64,000 nucleotides of DNA, from the NCBI RefSeq assembly GCF_009914755.1, contig NC_060935.1. One strand, 5' to 3'. Source of the stretch: the human T2T-CHM13v2.0 reference genome, Homo sapiens. Numbering within the stretch: the stretch's first letter is position 1; each line of letters begins with the position of its first letter. The notes below the pieces were generated by a model, which saw nothing but the letters and a program-made list of their open reading frames with translations, ran no database searches and was not told the origin of the DNA. Positions 1 to 14,445 of the stretch are shown here, in pieces. Both the position numbers and the translations under genes were made by a program.

Positions 1-1955
1 GGGCTTTTTGTACCCATATTTCTTTGAAGGCTCTTTAGGTATTTGAAGGTATTTGGATGTTGTGATCTAATCCATATCTGCATTAGGGGAAACCTCAACC
101 TTAGTAAGTCCGTGGTTCATGAAGACTCATAGAGGAGTCTTGGTGGTTTTGGCTAAGATCTAGGAGAATTCTTGAATTACCAGACAGAAACTCTTGTTCT
201 GTTCCCTCACTTTCTCCCAAACGAAGTCCCTCTCTCTGTTCTGAGCCACGTGGAGTAGGGATTGGGTGACACAAACCTCCCTGTGGCCACCACCACTGGG
301 ACAGTGCTGGGTCATTCCTGAACCCAGCACAGCACTATTTCTCACCCAAGACCTGCTGTGACCACTACCTGGTTACCATGTATGTTCACTGATGGCCCTA
401 GGGCTCTACAATAAGCAGGTGGTGAAGCGAGCCAGGCTTATGTTCTTCCCTTCAGGGTGGTGATTTCCCCCAGGCTCTGGGCAAAGATGTCATCTGGGGG
501 AGGGACTGGAATCAAAAACTTAAGAAACCTACCTAGTATTCTATACTACTCTGGCTAAGCTAACACTCAAACCACAATACAAAGTCCTTCCTGCTCTTCT
601 GTCCCCTTCCCACAAGCAGAGAAACCATCCCCTGGGCCAACACCCCCACAGGCCATTGGGGAGTACTGTCAGGCTATCACTGAAGTTCACATAGGCATGA
701 GGGTTCTTCAGTTAGATTGTAGTGAAGAATGCTGGGCCTGGGACACATTCTTCAGGGTAGTGGGCCCCCCTTTGGCCCAAGGCAGGTCCAGAAATGCCTT
801 CCAAGTGTTGAGGCCTGAAATCCAGGTCCCCAAGAGGCTACTTGGTTCTCTACACCACTGTGACTGAACTGGTACCTAAAGTGCAAGACAAAGTCCCCTT
901 TACTTTTCCCTGTGCTTTTCTAAAGCAGAAGGAATCTCGCCCCATAGCCACATCTGGAACTGTGCTGGGTCTCACCTGAAGCCAGTATGTCTCAGAGTCT
1001 CACTGAAGGCCCACAAGGTATTATTGGGATATCAATGCTGATTATTCAGAGCCCATGGGCTCTTCAGTCAGCAGGTGATGAATTCTGCCAGGATTGGATC
1101 TTTCCCTTCAAGGCAAGGAGTTTCCTTCTCACCCCATGTGTGTCTAGAAATGTTGTCTGGGAACTGGGGCCTGGAATGGGGGCCTCGTGACTCTGCCCTG
1201 TGTTCTATGCTATTGTGGCTGAGCTTGTATCCAAGATGAAAGACAAAGTCCTCTTTACTGTTCTCTCTCCTCTCCTCAAGCAGAAGAAGGAGTCGCTTTC
1301 ATTGCTGTGAACTGTACTAACTGGGGTGTGAGGAGGGGTGGTGCAGGCACTCCTTTAGCAACTCCAGCTGATGTCTCATTAGGTCATATGCTTGCCAAGT
1401 CCACTGGCTCCCAGCTGAGTACAGCTCTAGGGCTTGCCTATGAGTTGCAGTCCTTGTAGCCTAGACTCCCTTTCAAGTTTATTTACAACTCCAGAGCACT
1501 TTAGCTCATGGTGTCAAGGCTTGCCAAAGCTCAAGATCTGATTGCTGGGATGAGCCATTCCCCTTTGGCTGTGGCTGGTCTAAATGCTCCCTCGTGGACA
1601 GGCATTGGCCGAGTTCAGCCAGGTTTTTCTTTCCGCTGTTACAGGGCTGCCCTGAGTTCAATGCACAGTCCACAGGCATTGTGTTCTCCCTCCTCCAAAC
1701 CCTCAGAATCTCTTTTCATACCACCCAGTCACTGCCAGGAGATGGGGGAGAAGTGATATCAGTGATTCAAGACTGTTTTTCCTACCCTCTTCAGTGCCCT
1801 TTTCAGCAATATGAAGGTAAAACTGGGGCTACATTTTCTCAGCTGTTTTGGTTCTTATGAAGGTGCTTTTATGTGTAGACAGTTGTCAAATTTGTTGTTC
1901 ATGTTGGGGAGACAATTGGTGGAAGCTTCTATTTGGCCATCTCCTCTGCCCCTCT
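1..1955 (-). mobile_element. Old L1 (L1M1/L1MA1-3-like) 5' UTR region
   Basis: Minus strand starts GAGGGGCAGAGGAGATGGCCAAATAGAAGC (L1M 5' end, YY1-like GATGGCC); internal repeated units such as ACAAAGTCC near 580, 890, 1245. Confidence 0.75.
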
Positions 1956-2218
1956 CATAGGAGACATTATACAAATAAAGAAACTGGAATTTCTAGAGGT
2001 TTTGACTTGCTTCAGGTCACACTACCATAAAGAGTGAAGATTGGGATTCAAAATAAAGTCTAACTATGAGGCATGCATATTTTTCTAATGCATGCTACCA
2101 TCCACCCAAATGTGCCTGAAAGAGCTTCTGGCTCAATTTAGCTACTCAAGTAAGATGATTACATAGCATACCTCAAAGTAGGGAACTGTGGGGAAAATGA
2201 GATATCTGGAATGAGTGC

Positions 2219-3143
2219 TGCATTAGTCTATTCTCACGCTGCTATAAAGAACTACCAGAGACTGGCTGTGATGGTTAATATTGCTTGTCAACTTGATTGG
2301 ATTGAAGGATACACAGTATTGTTCCTGGGTGTGTCTTTGAGGGTGTCGCCAAACGAGATTAACATTTTAGTCAGTGTACTGGGAAAGGCAAACCCACCCT
2401 TAATCTGAGTGGGTACAATCTAATCAGCTGCCAGCATGGCCAGAATAAAAGCAGGTAGAAGAAGGTGGAAAACTAGACTGGCTAAGTCTTCTGGACTCCG
2501 TCTTTCTCCCATGCTAGATGTTTCCTGCCCTGGGACATCAGACTCCAGGTTCTTCAGATTTTGGACTCTTGCATTTATACCAGTGATTTGCCAGGGGCTC
2601 TCAGACCTTCAGCCACAAACTGAAGGCTGCACTATTGGTTTCCCTCCTTTTGTGGTTTTGGAACTCAGACTGGCTTCCTGGCTCCTCAGCTTGCAGACAG
2701 CCTATTGGACTTCGTGATTGTGAGAGTCAATTCTCCTAATGAACTCCCTTTTGTATATGTATCTATCCTATTAGTTCTGTCCTTCTAGAGAACCCTGACT
2801 AATACACTGGGTGATTTACAAAGATAAGTGGTTTAATTGACTCATAGTTCCACAGGCTGTACCAGAAGGATGGCTAGGGAGGCCTCAGAAAACTTAAAAT
2901 TATGGCATAAGGTGAAGGGGAAGCAGGCGCATCTTACATGGCCAGAGAATCAGGAAGAAAGAGAAGGGTGAGGTGCTACACACTTTTAAACAACCAGATC
3001 TCATGAGAACTCACTCTTATGAGAATAGCAAGAGGGAAGTCCACCCCAGTGATCCAATCCCCTCCCCCCAGGCCCCTCTTCCAACACTGGGGAATACAAT
3101 TCGACATGAGATTTGGGTAGGGACACAAATCCAAACCATATCA
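2219..3143 (-). mobile_element. MSTA-like MaLR LTR split by an MLT2A insertion
   Basis: Ends CCAAACCATATCA (revcomp TGATATGGTTTGG); halves 2219-2266 and 2807-3143 are colinear. Confidence 0.85.
2267..2806 (+). mobile_element. MLT2A2-like ERVL solo LTR
   Basis: TGTGATGGTTAATA...GAGAACCCTGACTAATACA termini; 5-bp TSD CTGGC/CTGGG. Confidence 0.9.
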
Positions 3144-3245
3144 AGGACCCAAAGTGCTTTTTTTAAAATTTTTGGGTGGGCAGCAGGGGCAACACATCAT
3201 TCCCTTTTTTAAGCCATTGTGATGCTTAAGAAAGAGCAAATTTTC

Positions 3246-3570
<325 letters not shown>

Positions 3571-6500
3571 TCAAAGGGCAAAGGCATTGTCCAACAGAGA
3601 TTAATTGTTTTAGGTTGATTTAAGAAAACAGAAGCAAAAACAAAACAAGTTTAGATAGCATGCATCTTTGTAGCTAATGATTGCCTTGTTGTTCAGTTAA
3701 ATTTGGAGAAGTAAAACTATTTGGCTGAAGACATACAAAGTTAAAAGAGAGACAATATTTCCTGTTAAACAGCAGAGATGTCATCTGGGCATGACTTCCA
3801 GACTATCTCACCAAACAGTCATAGAACATGCAAATTGCTGAAAATTGCAGCAGAGTTAGATATCTCAATGCAGCTTGCTGGATAAGACTGAGAAGGCTCA
3901 GGAAATGGCTGGGCAAAAGGACATTTTCAAAGAAATGCAGTTTTTTTAGCTTCATGTGCATGTGATAGCTCTATCAACCCAACAGTAGGTGAGAGACAGA
4001 ATGGCAGACATAGAGAAAAAAAAGTTCAGTCTAAAACCTTGCTCTTGTTTTACAAGTTTTGTGATTATGGGTATGTTTCTTTCACTATTTTCATCCTTAA
4101 TTTTCTATGCCATCGAGACTATATTATATACTTCATAGAGTTATTACAAAGACTAAACTTGATCATGTAAGCAATTCAGATATTCTTCAACTTTGATTAA
4201 AAACAAAGTCAAATAAGCAGTTAATAGGACTTTCGTTTGCTAATACTTTGTTTCCTTGACAATTGTTTATAAATTCTTCAAGTCATGTCTTTCAAGCCAT
4301 CATGAAATTGTCAAAGCTGTTTCATGCTGTTGGCTTCAGCCTTCTAAGACTGTGAAGCTGCCTATGGCCTCAATTACTCTGAGACTACTCAACTCTTTAG
4401 ATTTAATAATATTACTGAAGTGGTCAGAAAATGACAGTCACTTTAGGAATGAGCAGAAGGAACTCTCCTCTTCTCTGAGTTGGCTCAGTTAGAAAGGTCC
4501 AACATTAGGGTGTCTTGGCTCCCAGACGTTAATTAATGTGTACCATCCATCACTGTTACACATTTCTCCAAAATCATACTTCTTAACTTCTTTTATATCT
4601 TACACTCAAAAGAATGCAGATCCAGGATTCAAAGTCCAGTGTTACTCATAGAAGCAGAACTCCTAAACACTCATTTCCACTTGCTTAACAATTTGAATGG
4701 TCTCTCAGATGAGATATAGCACACAACCCAACCACAACCAAAAACTTGCCAGACCGTACGTCATGTTGGCATGTGATTGCAGGAGGACACGGCTCACTAC
4801 TGGCCTCCAGTGTCATAGGTAGAACCTCACCTCAACCTCTGTTTATACTTCACGAGTGTCCAGCTTTTGTTAGCCATTGCTAGGGCTCCAACTCTCAATT
4901 CAAACCATTTCTTTTGCTATGTTCCTATTGTTTCCAGAAACATTCCCTGCTTCCATTCTTCAAATTAAAGTGACAAACTTCACTGTCTTTACTCATACCT
5001 CCTCCTTCCAAAGCTATAATTTTTGCCTTCTTTATTTCTCTACTTTGAGGAGTATTTTAAGTATTAAATTAAATATTAGATACACGAAAGAGCAAAACTG
5101 AGGCTCTGCCAGTTATTTTCTTTTCCAGAAACTAAAGCAAATTCCAGGATGAAGTTCAGACACAACGATGCATTTCTACTCTGAGGTAGAAATTCCTACA
5201 AAATCTGGGGATAGTTTTGCTGGGTGGAGTTAATTTTAGAGGCACAGGTCAATTCCTTCACACAACCCAGGCACCAGCCACAAGAACCACATACAATGTC
5301 AAGGCAGCTACCGTTTGGTTACCTTAGGGTAATTCTGTAGACACTACTTCTCAAGCTCAACTTTGAGATTTTGGTCTTTGTTCTTCCCTTGTTTCCTCTC
5401 TTGAATCTTTTAATTGTATGTACCAAAGACCTTCACATTAAGCCAATTTGGACTGATTGCTTAGATATTTGATTCACATCTTCTTAAATATACTGCATCT
5501 TTGATCAGTCCCCTAGCTCTCAATCACTATCTTGAGAGACTACCAGGGTAGTAATAGCTACTGTCATTTTTAAATTGTCATATGTGACTATATGCCATGG
5601 ACTGTTTGACCCACCAATCTCCTTGCTTATATCAACACCCCTCACTCAGCGACCCCTCTGGCTCTTCACTCATTTTTGCCTTATCTCCTTGTCTCCTATT
5701 TCTCAGTGTAAGTCAGGAGATGTGGCAACCAAGTATTGTAGAGGTACGCAAGTTTGCTTTTCAGTGAACATCTTGGAGTAGAAGACTTGAATTTTTAGAC
5801 TTTCTTCACACTCTGACTACATCATCAGATAAAAGGTGCTAATGCCATCCTTCCCCACTCAAGGGTGGTATATACTTATTTTGGTACAGTTCACCCATCA
5901 CAGTATATGTTTAAAGAAAAATTTTGATTTTCTAAATTAAGATTTTTTGTTCAGGAAATGGCTTACATTTTTTCTTTGTTTGTCTTTCTTAAACTGGAGG
6001 GAGCCATACCAACCTCTATCTCCCGATATCTCTCCCAGCTTCCATTTACAGGGCTAATGGCAAATTTGCCCCTCTTTAGGAAGACCACGGTGACTTTCAG
6101 ATAGAAGGTATTGTCTTTGAGGCTATGGGAGAGGTTGGGAGAAGAACAAGAACAGTGGGACACAGTTCTAGCCATAGAGAAATTTTCAATCTAATGAGGA
6201 CAAAGAGGGACAAAAGTTTCTGGGTTTCTAGGTAGCGTTAAGAGAGGAGTGTTCCTCCTCCACACTCCTAGTAGTGATAATGATAGAGGACATTTCAAAT
6301 GATCCTTGAAAAATATGTAGGTAATGACAATTAATACAGATGATACGTTGCTCAGTAAAAATTTAATTCAAGAGATGTGAAATCTCATGCCAAGTTCTTA
6401 GCTATTATTCTCTAATTCCTTTGCATAGGACTTAATAGGCAAAAAGAAAAAGAAAATTCTTCCAAAAACAAATCAGTGAAGACTGATTCAGACCTCAGAC

Positions 6501-6619
6501 TATACTCAATTTGAAATAGAAGACACAGCATTTGAAATAGCAAGAGATGGAACTAGAAAAAATATTTGGGACTGATTATCAAAATCTTTGACTGGCTTAA
6601 CAAGAAATTTGCAAGTATT

Positions 6620-7290
6620 TTTACTTTATTCCATAAAATTTTTATTGAGCATATACTAAGCATGAGACCTGAAGAATGTGTTAGCGAATGACAGTGTTAA
6701 GCAATTAATTGAGCATGGTAAAGTTTGGAAATAATTTTGTTAGAAACAAAAAAAAACAAAACAAATTTGAGTGGATTGAAGAAACTAAGTGGAGACAGTG
6801 ACTTACTATTTTTTTAAAACATGAATAATGGTGGAAATTGTAGAGATAGAAGAGTAGCTTGAGGAGGCTGGAGTGAAGAAATTTGTGTGTAGGTGGGAAT
6901 TTTGAGTGTGTGTTTGTAGACTAAGAAGTAAAAGAAACTGGGAGGGATAAATTGCATAAATTAGAGTGAGAAAAAATTAAGAAACAATTTTACAGAAGAC
7001 GGTGAATAAATTGAAGATTATACAGATAGAGAAGGCTTAACCTTAGAACAGAGTAAAACTATTTCTTTACTGAGATTGGAAGGAAGGTGGTAAAGATAGA
7101 TAAAACTAAAGTTATACTTTTAGGTAGAGGAGGGAAGTTGAGGACCTTTCTATTCAGTTGCTGCTGTTTTTTAAATGAATAAAGCAAGTCATTTGCTGAA
7201 ACTGGGAAGAGAAAGAATAGCGTGAGATCCTGAGGACAGTTTATGACAATTTCTTTGGAGGCTAAAATTGGGGTTCAGCTAGGGATGTGC
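6620..7290 (-). mobile_element. Degraded L2 fragments
   Basis: TTTATTGAGCATATACTA-type 3' end and purine-rich antisense L2 body. Confidence 0.45.
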
Positions 7291-9044
7291 AAATGAACTG
7301 TTGAGACATATTCTGTGACCAGTTTCACAACTATAAGTAGGTGTGAAAATCACACAAAGAGTTCCATGAATACCACACTGACTGTGATGAAAACTGAAAG
7401 AAAATAAAATCTTAATGACTTGTGAGCATGTGGAGCATTAGCACAAGGTGGTAAGACAAGTTGAATATTTTTATCTTTCATAAGGGCTGCAGACAAGCCA
7501 ACATAGCCTGACAGCAAAAGAGAATGCAAGGTGTTATTTCCTTATTATGCACCTCGGAAAGTCAACGGTGCATAATAAGGATGGGTTTGATTTTTTCTGC
7601 CTTTGAACGCAGGGTATAGTTTTACAGGTTTGAGTTATGGAGTTTTATATCAACGCAATGCAAACTAGGAGGCTTTTCTGAAAATGACCTTAGGGTATTT
7701 CTTATTCAGCACTATTGACCAGTTGAAAACCACCAGAGTCATCAAGCTTTCAAAGCAATTGCCCTTGCATTAAATACCACATCTTTTTCTCTTCCTAATT
7801 TTCCTTCATTTCTCCTTCCTTCCTGCCTTTTTGCTCCTGCTAATACAGGCAAAAGTTCATCTTACATTTTAGTTATGGTATTTAGTAATTGCTTAATCCA
7901 CTAATGCCTACTGGATTATCAGGAGACATTTATATAGCTCTGCTGCTTTGTATTGTGTAGCATCTCTAGATAGTAACATTCATAATCCATCAATAATTAT
8001 AAAGTAAAAACTGAATGAAGAGCAATGAATACATTAAAGCACCGAAGTTTATACAACTATAACAAAACCAACCCCATTATGACAACTCTAATCCTAGTAT
8101 ATTCCTCATTGCTTATTCAAAGATGATTAAAAAATTAATGCTCAGCTCATATTTGGTGCACATTAGAAATATTCCAGAATTTCTAAAGGATTAATGTCAT
8201 ATAGCTTCTTTCTAGCAAGGATCTGGATTGATAAATCATCTGGTTGACATATAGAAAAAGACAGCAGAATTAAAATGTATTATTAAATGAAGTAGAGCTT
8301 GACTAACGACAGAGTAATACAGAAAGGTGTTGAAGAACAATAATTGGGGTTATTGTGTTAAAGATTACAAGGAATCAATATCTTGCAAGGTGAAGGTTAC
8401 AAAGTTTATGTTAAGAAGAAACATAGATTACTGGCCAGGAATTCCTTAAATTATATACAGTTAGATATTGATGTTTTCATATTGAATTGCTGAGCTGATA
8501 CTTTAACACCCACCAAGTTGATTCAACATTCTTTCTGTATTTTAGATTTTTCTCTAGGCTAGCCTATTAGACTTAGTGCCCTTCTTTTATAATAATTACT
8601 TTCTATGCCGGCTTTACAATTCTGAAATTAATAAATAATAACCTACATATAAAATTTTTTAAAAAATCAATATGCTGCCATAACTGTATCCTAGAGTTGT
8701 CATTACTCAATATTTGAAGGGAAATTGGTGTTTTGTCTTATTGCAACAAGAGTTGTTTGTCATTTTGGAAAATCACAAAATCACATCACAATAGAAATGT
8801 TGTGTATGGTATTTGAAAATGCAAAACAACTGTAGCAGTCTGATTTTGAAGTCACAAATAGATTCAAGCATTAGACTGCTTCAATCTGTCTTCAAGTGTA
8901 GTTATGCAAGAATATTTACATATTGAAATCATATTACATTATATTAAAATATTCCCTTTTATTCTCCTTTATAATTAGAGCATTTCATTAATAAATTTTT
9001 GAAATTTTTTGTGCAGATGGGTTATTATCTATTAATTTCAATTT

Positions 9045-9581
9045 AGAATAGTAATGCAGGCCAGGAGTCCAGTCATCTGAAGAGTCAATTGGGACTGAAT
9101 GATATGCTTATATGATTATTCAAAGGATTCAATTTCTTGTGGACTGCTGGACTTATGGCCTTAGTTTCTGCAATGTTGGCATCTACAGAGGATCAAGCAC
9201 AACATGTCTGCTTGATTTCCCTAGGCAATAATAAGGCAGAGAGAAAGAAAGAGGAAATTAGAGGTGAGGTGGGGTGGATGGCAGGGGTGGGGGGAGTGAG
9301 GGGGAGGAAGGGAGAGAGAGAAAGAGAGAGACAGAGAGAGAGAGAATGCGTGAGAAAGAACTGCCCACACCATGAAAGATCAGGGGAAAGTGCTAGAGAT
9401 GGAAACTAAAGACTTTTTGTAATCTAATCTCACAAGTGACATCCCTTTCCCTCTGCCCCATTATTTTCACTAAATACAACTCACTAAAACCAGTCCACAC
9501 TCAATGAAAGGAGATCACATAAGGGCAAGAAGCAGAAGGTGGAGATCACTGGGGCCATCATAGGGCCTGCATGCTACTACA
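9045..9581 (-). mobile_element. MLT1 (F/G/H-like) MaLR LTR with internal (GA)n
   Basis: GATCACTGGGGCCATC...CTACTACA terminus; CCAGTCCACACTCAA motif. Confidence 0.6.
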
Positions 9582-10265
9582 TATGTCTTCTGAGTTTTTT
9601 CAAGGCCTTTCCAGAAAAGAAGAGAATGGGGTCCATATCTTCTTTATTCATCTTCTCAGTTACCTTGCACACCTCATGATCCCCTCTTTTCATCATTATT
9701 TTCTTTCCTCACATTTCAGTTCAATTCACACCATCAAGCTCCTTTTAAAACATATTTCTTTTCTGCCTTTCTCTTTCAAGTCTTTCATAATAGCTAATAG
9801 CCTTAAAAATTCTCTCTCCATTTTGTTCCCTTATTTTTTCCATCTCTCTTCTAGATTTATAAAATGTCACCATTATAATTTATATATGTTGATAATAAGG
9901 AAAATAAAAGAATAACTTCATATTTAGAAGTCACATTCATATAAAGGAAATATAGCCACACTCCCATATTACCATTTCACAAATTCCTTGAAAATTCTCT
10001 GAAGACCCCTACAGAATCTGCAAATCATCATTACTTTCCTCATCTTTATCCTATCCAGCATACTCTTCTCTAAGCATTCTCTTTAGAAATAGATATCAAA
10101 CATCTTATTTGATCTGTTTTGTTTTGTTTAATTTAGTTACCAGAATTAGAATAATTTCTTACATCTTTCAAGGAAAATATTCAATACTTGCTAAAAGAGC
10201 CTTGGAGATATTAAGTAACTTAATCATATTTATAATATAACATATTGTAGTGGAATTAGTATTGC

Positions 10266-11105
<840 letters not shown>

Positions 11106-11106
11106 C

Positions 11107-11280
11107 ATTACCCTGGACAAGTTACATTATCTTTGAGCCTGGATTTGATCACAGATATAAGGAAACCACAGTACCTACATAAACTCCTAAAGGGTTCTTT
11201 CCAAGATGGGTGAATAAACAGTTGTGAAGATACTTTGGAAACTGAAGCATGTTAGACAATCTTAAGGGGTTACTATTATT
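11107..11280 (+). mobile_element. MIR fragment
   Basis: CCCTGGACAAGTTACATTATCTTTGAGCCT core similarity and TATTATT end. Confidence 0.5.
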
Positions 11281-13940
11281 TGCACCATTGTTTCTATGGA
11301 GAAAGGTCTTCCAAGGTCAATATAACATTCATGTATATAAACCTGAGGAAAGTCCATTTGCATATTGGGAATTTTCTATATTTAAAACTTATTTTGATAT
11401 AGATACTATTGTCTGAGTAATTCACACATAAATCCTGATAAGGAAGTTGTCATGGAAATATTTTTACCCTAGTTACGTTTAAAATTTTTTTGCCTGAATT
11501 ACTTTTAAAATTAGATTTGTATGCCTTGGAAACAGAGAGGAAAGAGAAGTGGATTTAGAACAAATGTCAGTACAAAGGTTTGACTTCTGTATCACAAGGA
11601 ATCTGCATAGTGCTGAGTATACAATAGGCAACTAATAAATGTCTTTCATGTAAGGCAGAAGAAGTTTAAAGTCACAACTATATAGCATAGGAAATCTAAT
11701 ATGAAGTATAGGAGAGCTGCTGATTTCTTAGTGAGCTGAGCATCAACAACAAAATGTAGCGGTTAGGCACAGTGAGCTCTCAAGGTAGCCTCCAATATAA
11801 ACAAATCAATGCCAGTATTTGTTATGCTTCACTCTTCTCATATTTTGAATCAAATCACTTTTGAATACTCATGCACATGATGTGCTCTGTGTATAATGGG
11901 GAGCTTTTATATGTTGTTCAGTACTGAGCTTCTCAAAATGCAACTTTACCAACAAAGTTAGCAGAAGAGATGTTGGTAATATATGGTGGTTCTGCAAAAT
12001 CCAGCATGGTCATTTGTAAAAACTAACGTGAACAACTTTTTAAAATCTGGGCTAAAATTTTAAATACTTTCGATGTTACATATAAAATGCAAGTCTGATT
12101 TACTACTCACTTCTGAAAATTCATATTCCAGCTGAGTGCATTCTGCAGGTAGAGAGCAACGAATTAGAAATACTAGTCAAAATAGATGCTAAGAATTTGC
12201 CAGCATCATGCCCATTGATTACCACCATCATTATTGACCATCTAATCAATAAAACAGTACGTTGTTCTGGTCCACGCAAATAGGCCTATTACCTGAAAAT
12301 AAAAAATCCAAAATTAGTTTACAGATACATGATAAATATTGGAGATAAATAAACTTCTCTTTTAATAGATACATATTGAAGTGGGATTAAATCATCTGGA
12401 AGTTAACAGGCACAGGAAAGTTTTAAAATTTCTCTGTTTCCTAGAAGTGCTCTTCCTTAGTGTGTTTCTTTTACATTTTCAACTCTTTCCCTCCCTTTAG
12501 CCATACATTAAAAATTAATGTTTAAGTTCAATACCTAGCATTGTCTACTCTATATAATCTCTCAAATGCATTCCCATTGTTTAACTTCCATTTACATGTT
12601 TATAATACCAAAATTTCTACATCTATCTCAGGCATTTCTCCAGACCAGTATTTCATTGACTCTTACGACTCTTGGCCTAGATATTGCTTCAACCTATCAT
12701 TCATGTATGTGGACTGAGCACACTTGCACCTACTGCCTTGCTATCTTAGAAATGACAGGGAAGGTACTTTAAAATATAATTAATCTATATTAATGTGGAA
12801 GCACAAGTAAATCAGATCATCAATAATATTTGAGAAATTTCTGAAAGGCTAAGCAGATGGTGTGAGATTGACAGAGCATACATTTTGATAGTGAATTCTT
12901 GAAAAAGGCCAGAGAAGGTTTTGAGGGTGAGCCAAGTTCAGAGACAAAGAATACAAAGGAGAGGAAGGGTCTAGGGGTAAGTTTGAAAAATTCATTTCAG
13001 AGAAGGTAGTAATATTTGGCCTTTTAATATATTTATCCATATTACCAACTAATCATCCATCCCCCACCACTCAACTATGCTTGAGTCAAATGATGGGCTG
13101 TCGAGAGATTTACCATCACAGAGAAAAAGTGAGCATTGTCCCTGAGAAGAATGAGGAATCCTAAGGGCTGGAAGATGATCTAGTGGCATCAGTGTGGTTT
13201 CAAATTCTAACCCTTCTACACACTAACTGGAGGCAATCTGTAGTAAACAGATAACTCCTCCTTTAAAGAATAGAGCATCCTAAGATTCAGTAATTAATTA
13301 CTTAAGGAAAAATCATGAAATGGATGCAATTCATTCAACAATAGAAAAACTAGTAACCAGAGACAGAGTTATTAGAACAAAGAGAGGAAGGCTTGTCAAG
13401 AATAATTGCTATCCTTAGATGTACAAATAAGACATATACATTGTGTTAGTTAGACATCTTTGGTGTGAAGCCTCGAAAACAAACAGTAGCTAATTTTAAA
13501 AAGAAATTTATCAGCAGTACATGAAGATGTTCATAGACTACATAGGAGCCTAGAGATCCAGGGTAAGAAATAGAACAGGAACCAGAACAAGGGCAGGTAT
13601 GCAGCAGGAAGAACTATTCTTCTGCAGATTGCACCTTCAAGTAACTATGCTCCACACATCTTGTTTTCTTGATTTTCTTGGAAAAGCAAGTTCTAAAACA
13701 CCGCCTAGTAGAAGTTGAAACACAGGACAGACAGATCGATGAAGAATAAATAATAATGATTGTTAGGTAATGTTTTTGTTTTTGTTATTTCAATGTATTT
13801 TCCAATGCATGTCCTTGACTACAGATAATTTGGGTGTTTCTCTAGTTAGAATCTTGTTATTCAATTTCTAGCTTAATTATATTGTGGTCAGAGTAGGTCC
13901 TCTGAATAGTTTCAATTCCTTTAAATGTATTGAGACTTGC

Positions 13941-14190
13941 GATGTTCCCCTTCCTGTGTCCAAGTGTTCTCATTATTCAATTCCCACCTATGAGAACATG
14001 CGGTGTTTGGTTTTTTGTCCTTGCGATAGTTTGCTGAGAATGATGGTTTCCAGCTTCATCCATGTTCCTACAAAGGATATGAACTCATCATTTTTTATGG
14101 TATTCCATGGTGTATATGTGCCACATTTTCTTAATCCAGTCTATCATTGCTGGACATTTGGGTTGGTTCCAAGTCTTGGCTATTGTGAAT
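13941..14190 (-). mobile_element. L1PA4/5-like ORF2-end/3'UTR fragment without tail (inverted part of a composite insert)
   Basis: Translates to FTIAKTWNQPKCPAMIDWIKKMWHIYTMEY; stops before the G-rich tract and poly(A). Confidence 0.92.
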
Positions 14191-14221
14191 CCTAAGGCCA
14201 GCTGAGAAACAGCCCTGAGAG

Positions 14222-14445
14222 CAGGACTGGCCATATATCTTGCGGGACCAGTGCATAATAAAGATGTCAGACCCCTTATTAAAAAAGCAGGGAGTGGCAA
14301 GTGTGCAGCTAAACATACTAAAATATCAAGCTTTTTCCTTTAAAAATATTGTTTTAGGAAAAAATATTGTATTAATTACAAAACACAGTGGGGTGATAGT
14401 GATACCTGTATAACAACATAAATTTACAAATAGCACAAATATAAT
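14222..14445 (+). mobile_element. MER45-like hAT-Tip100 DNA transposon fragment inside the composite insert
   Basis: CAGGACTGGCCATATATCTTGCGGGACCAGTGCA...TACTAAAATATCAAGCTTTTTCCTTT resembles the MER45 terminus. Confidence 0.6.
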
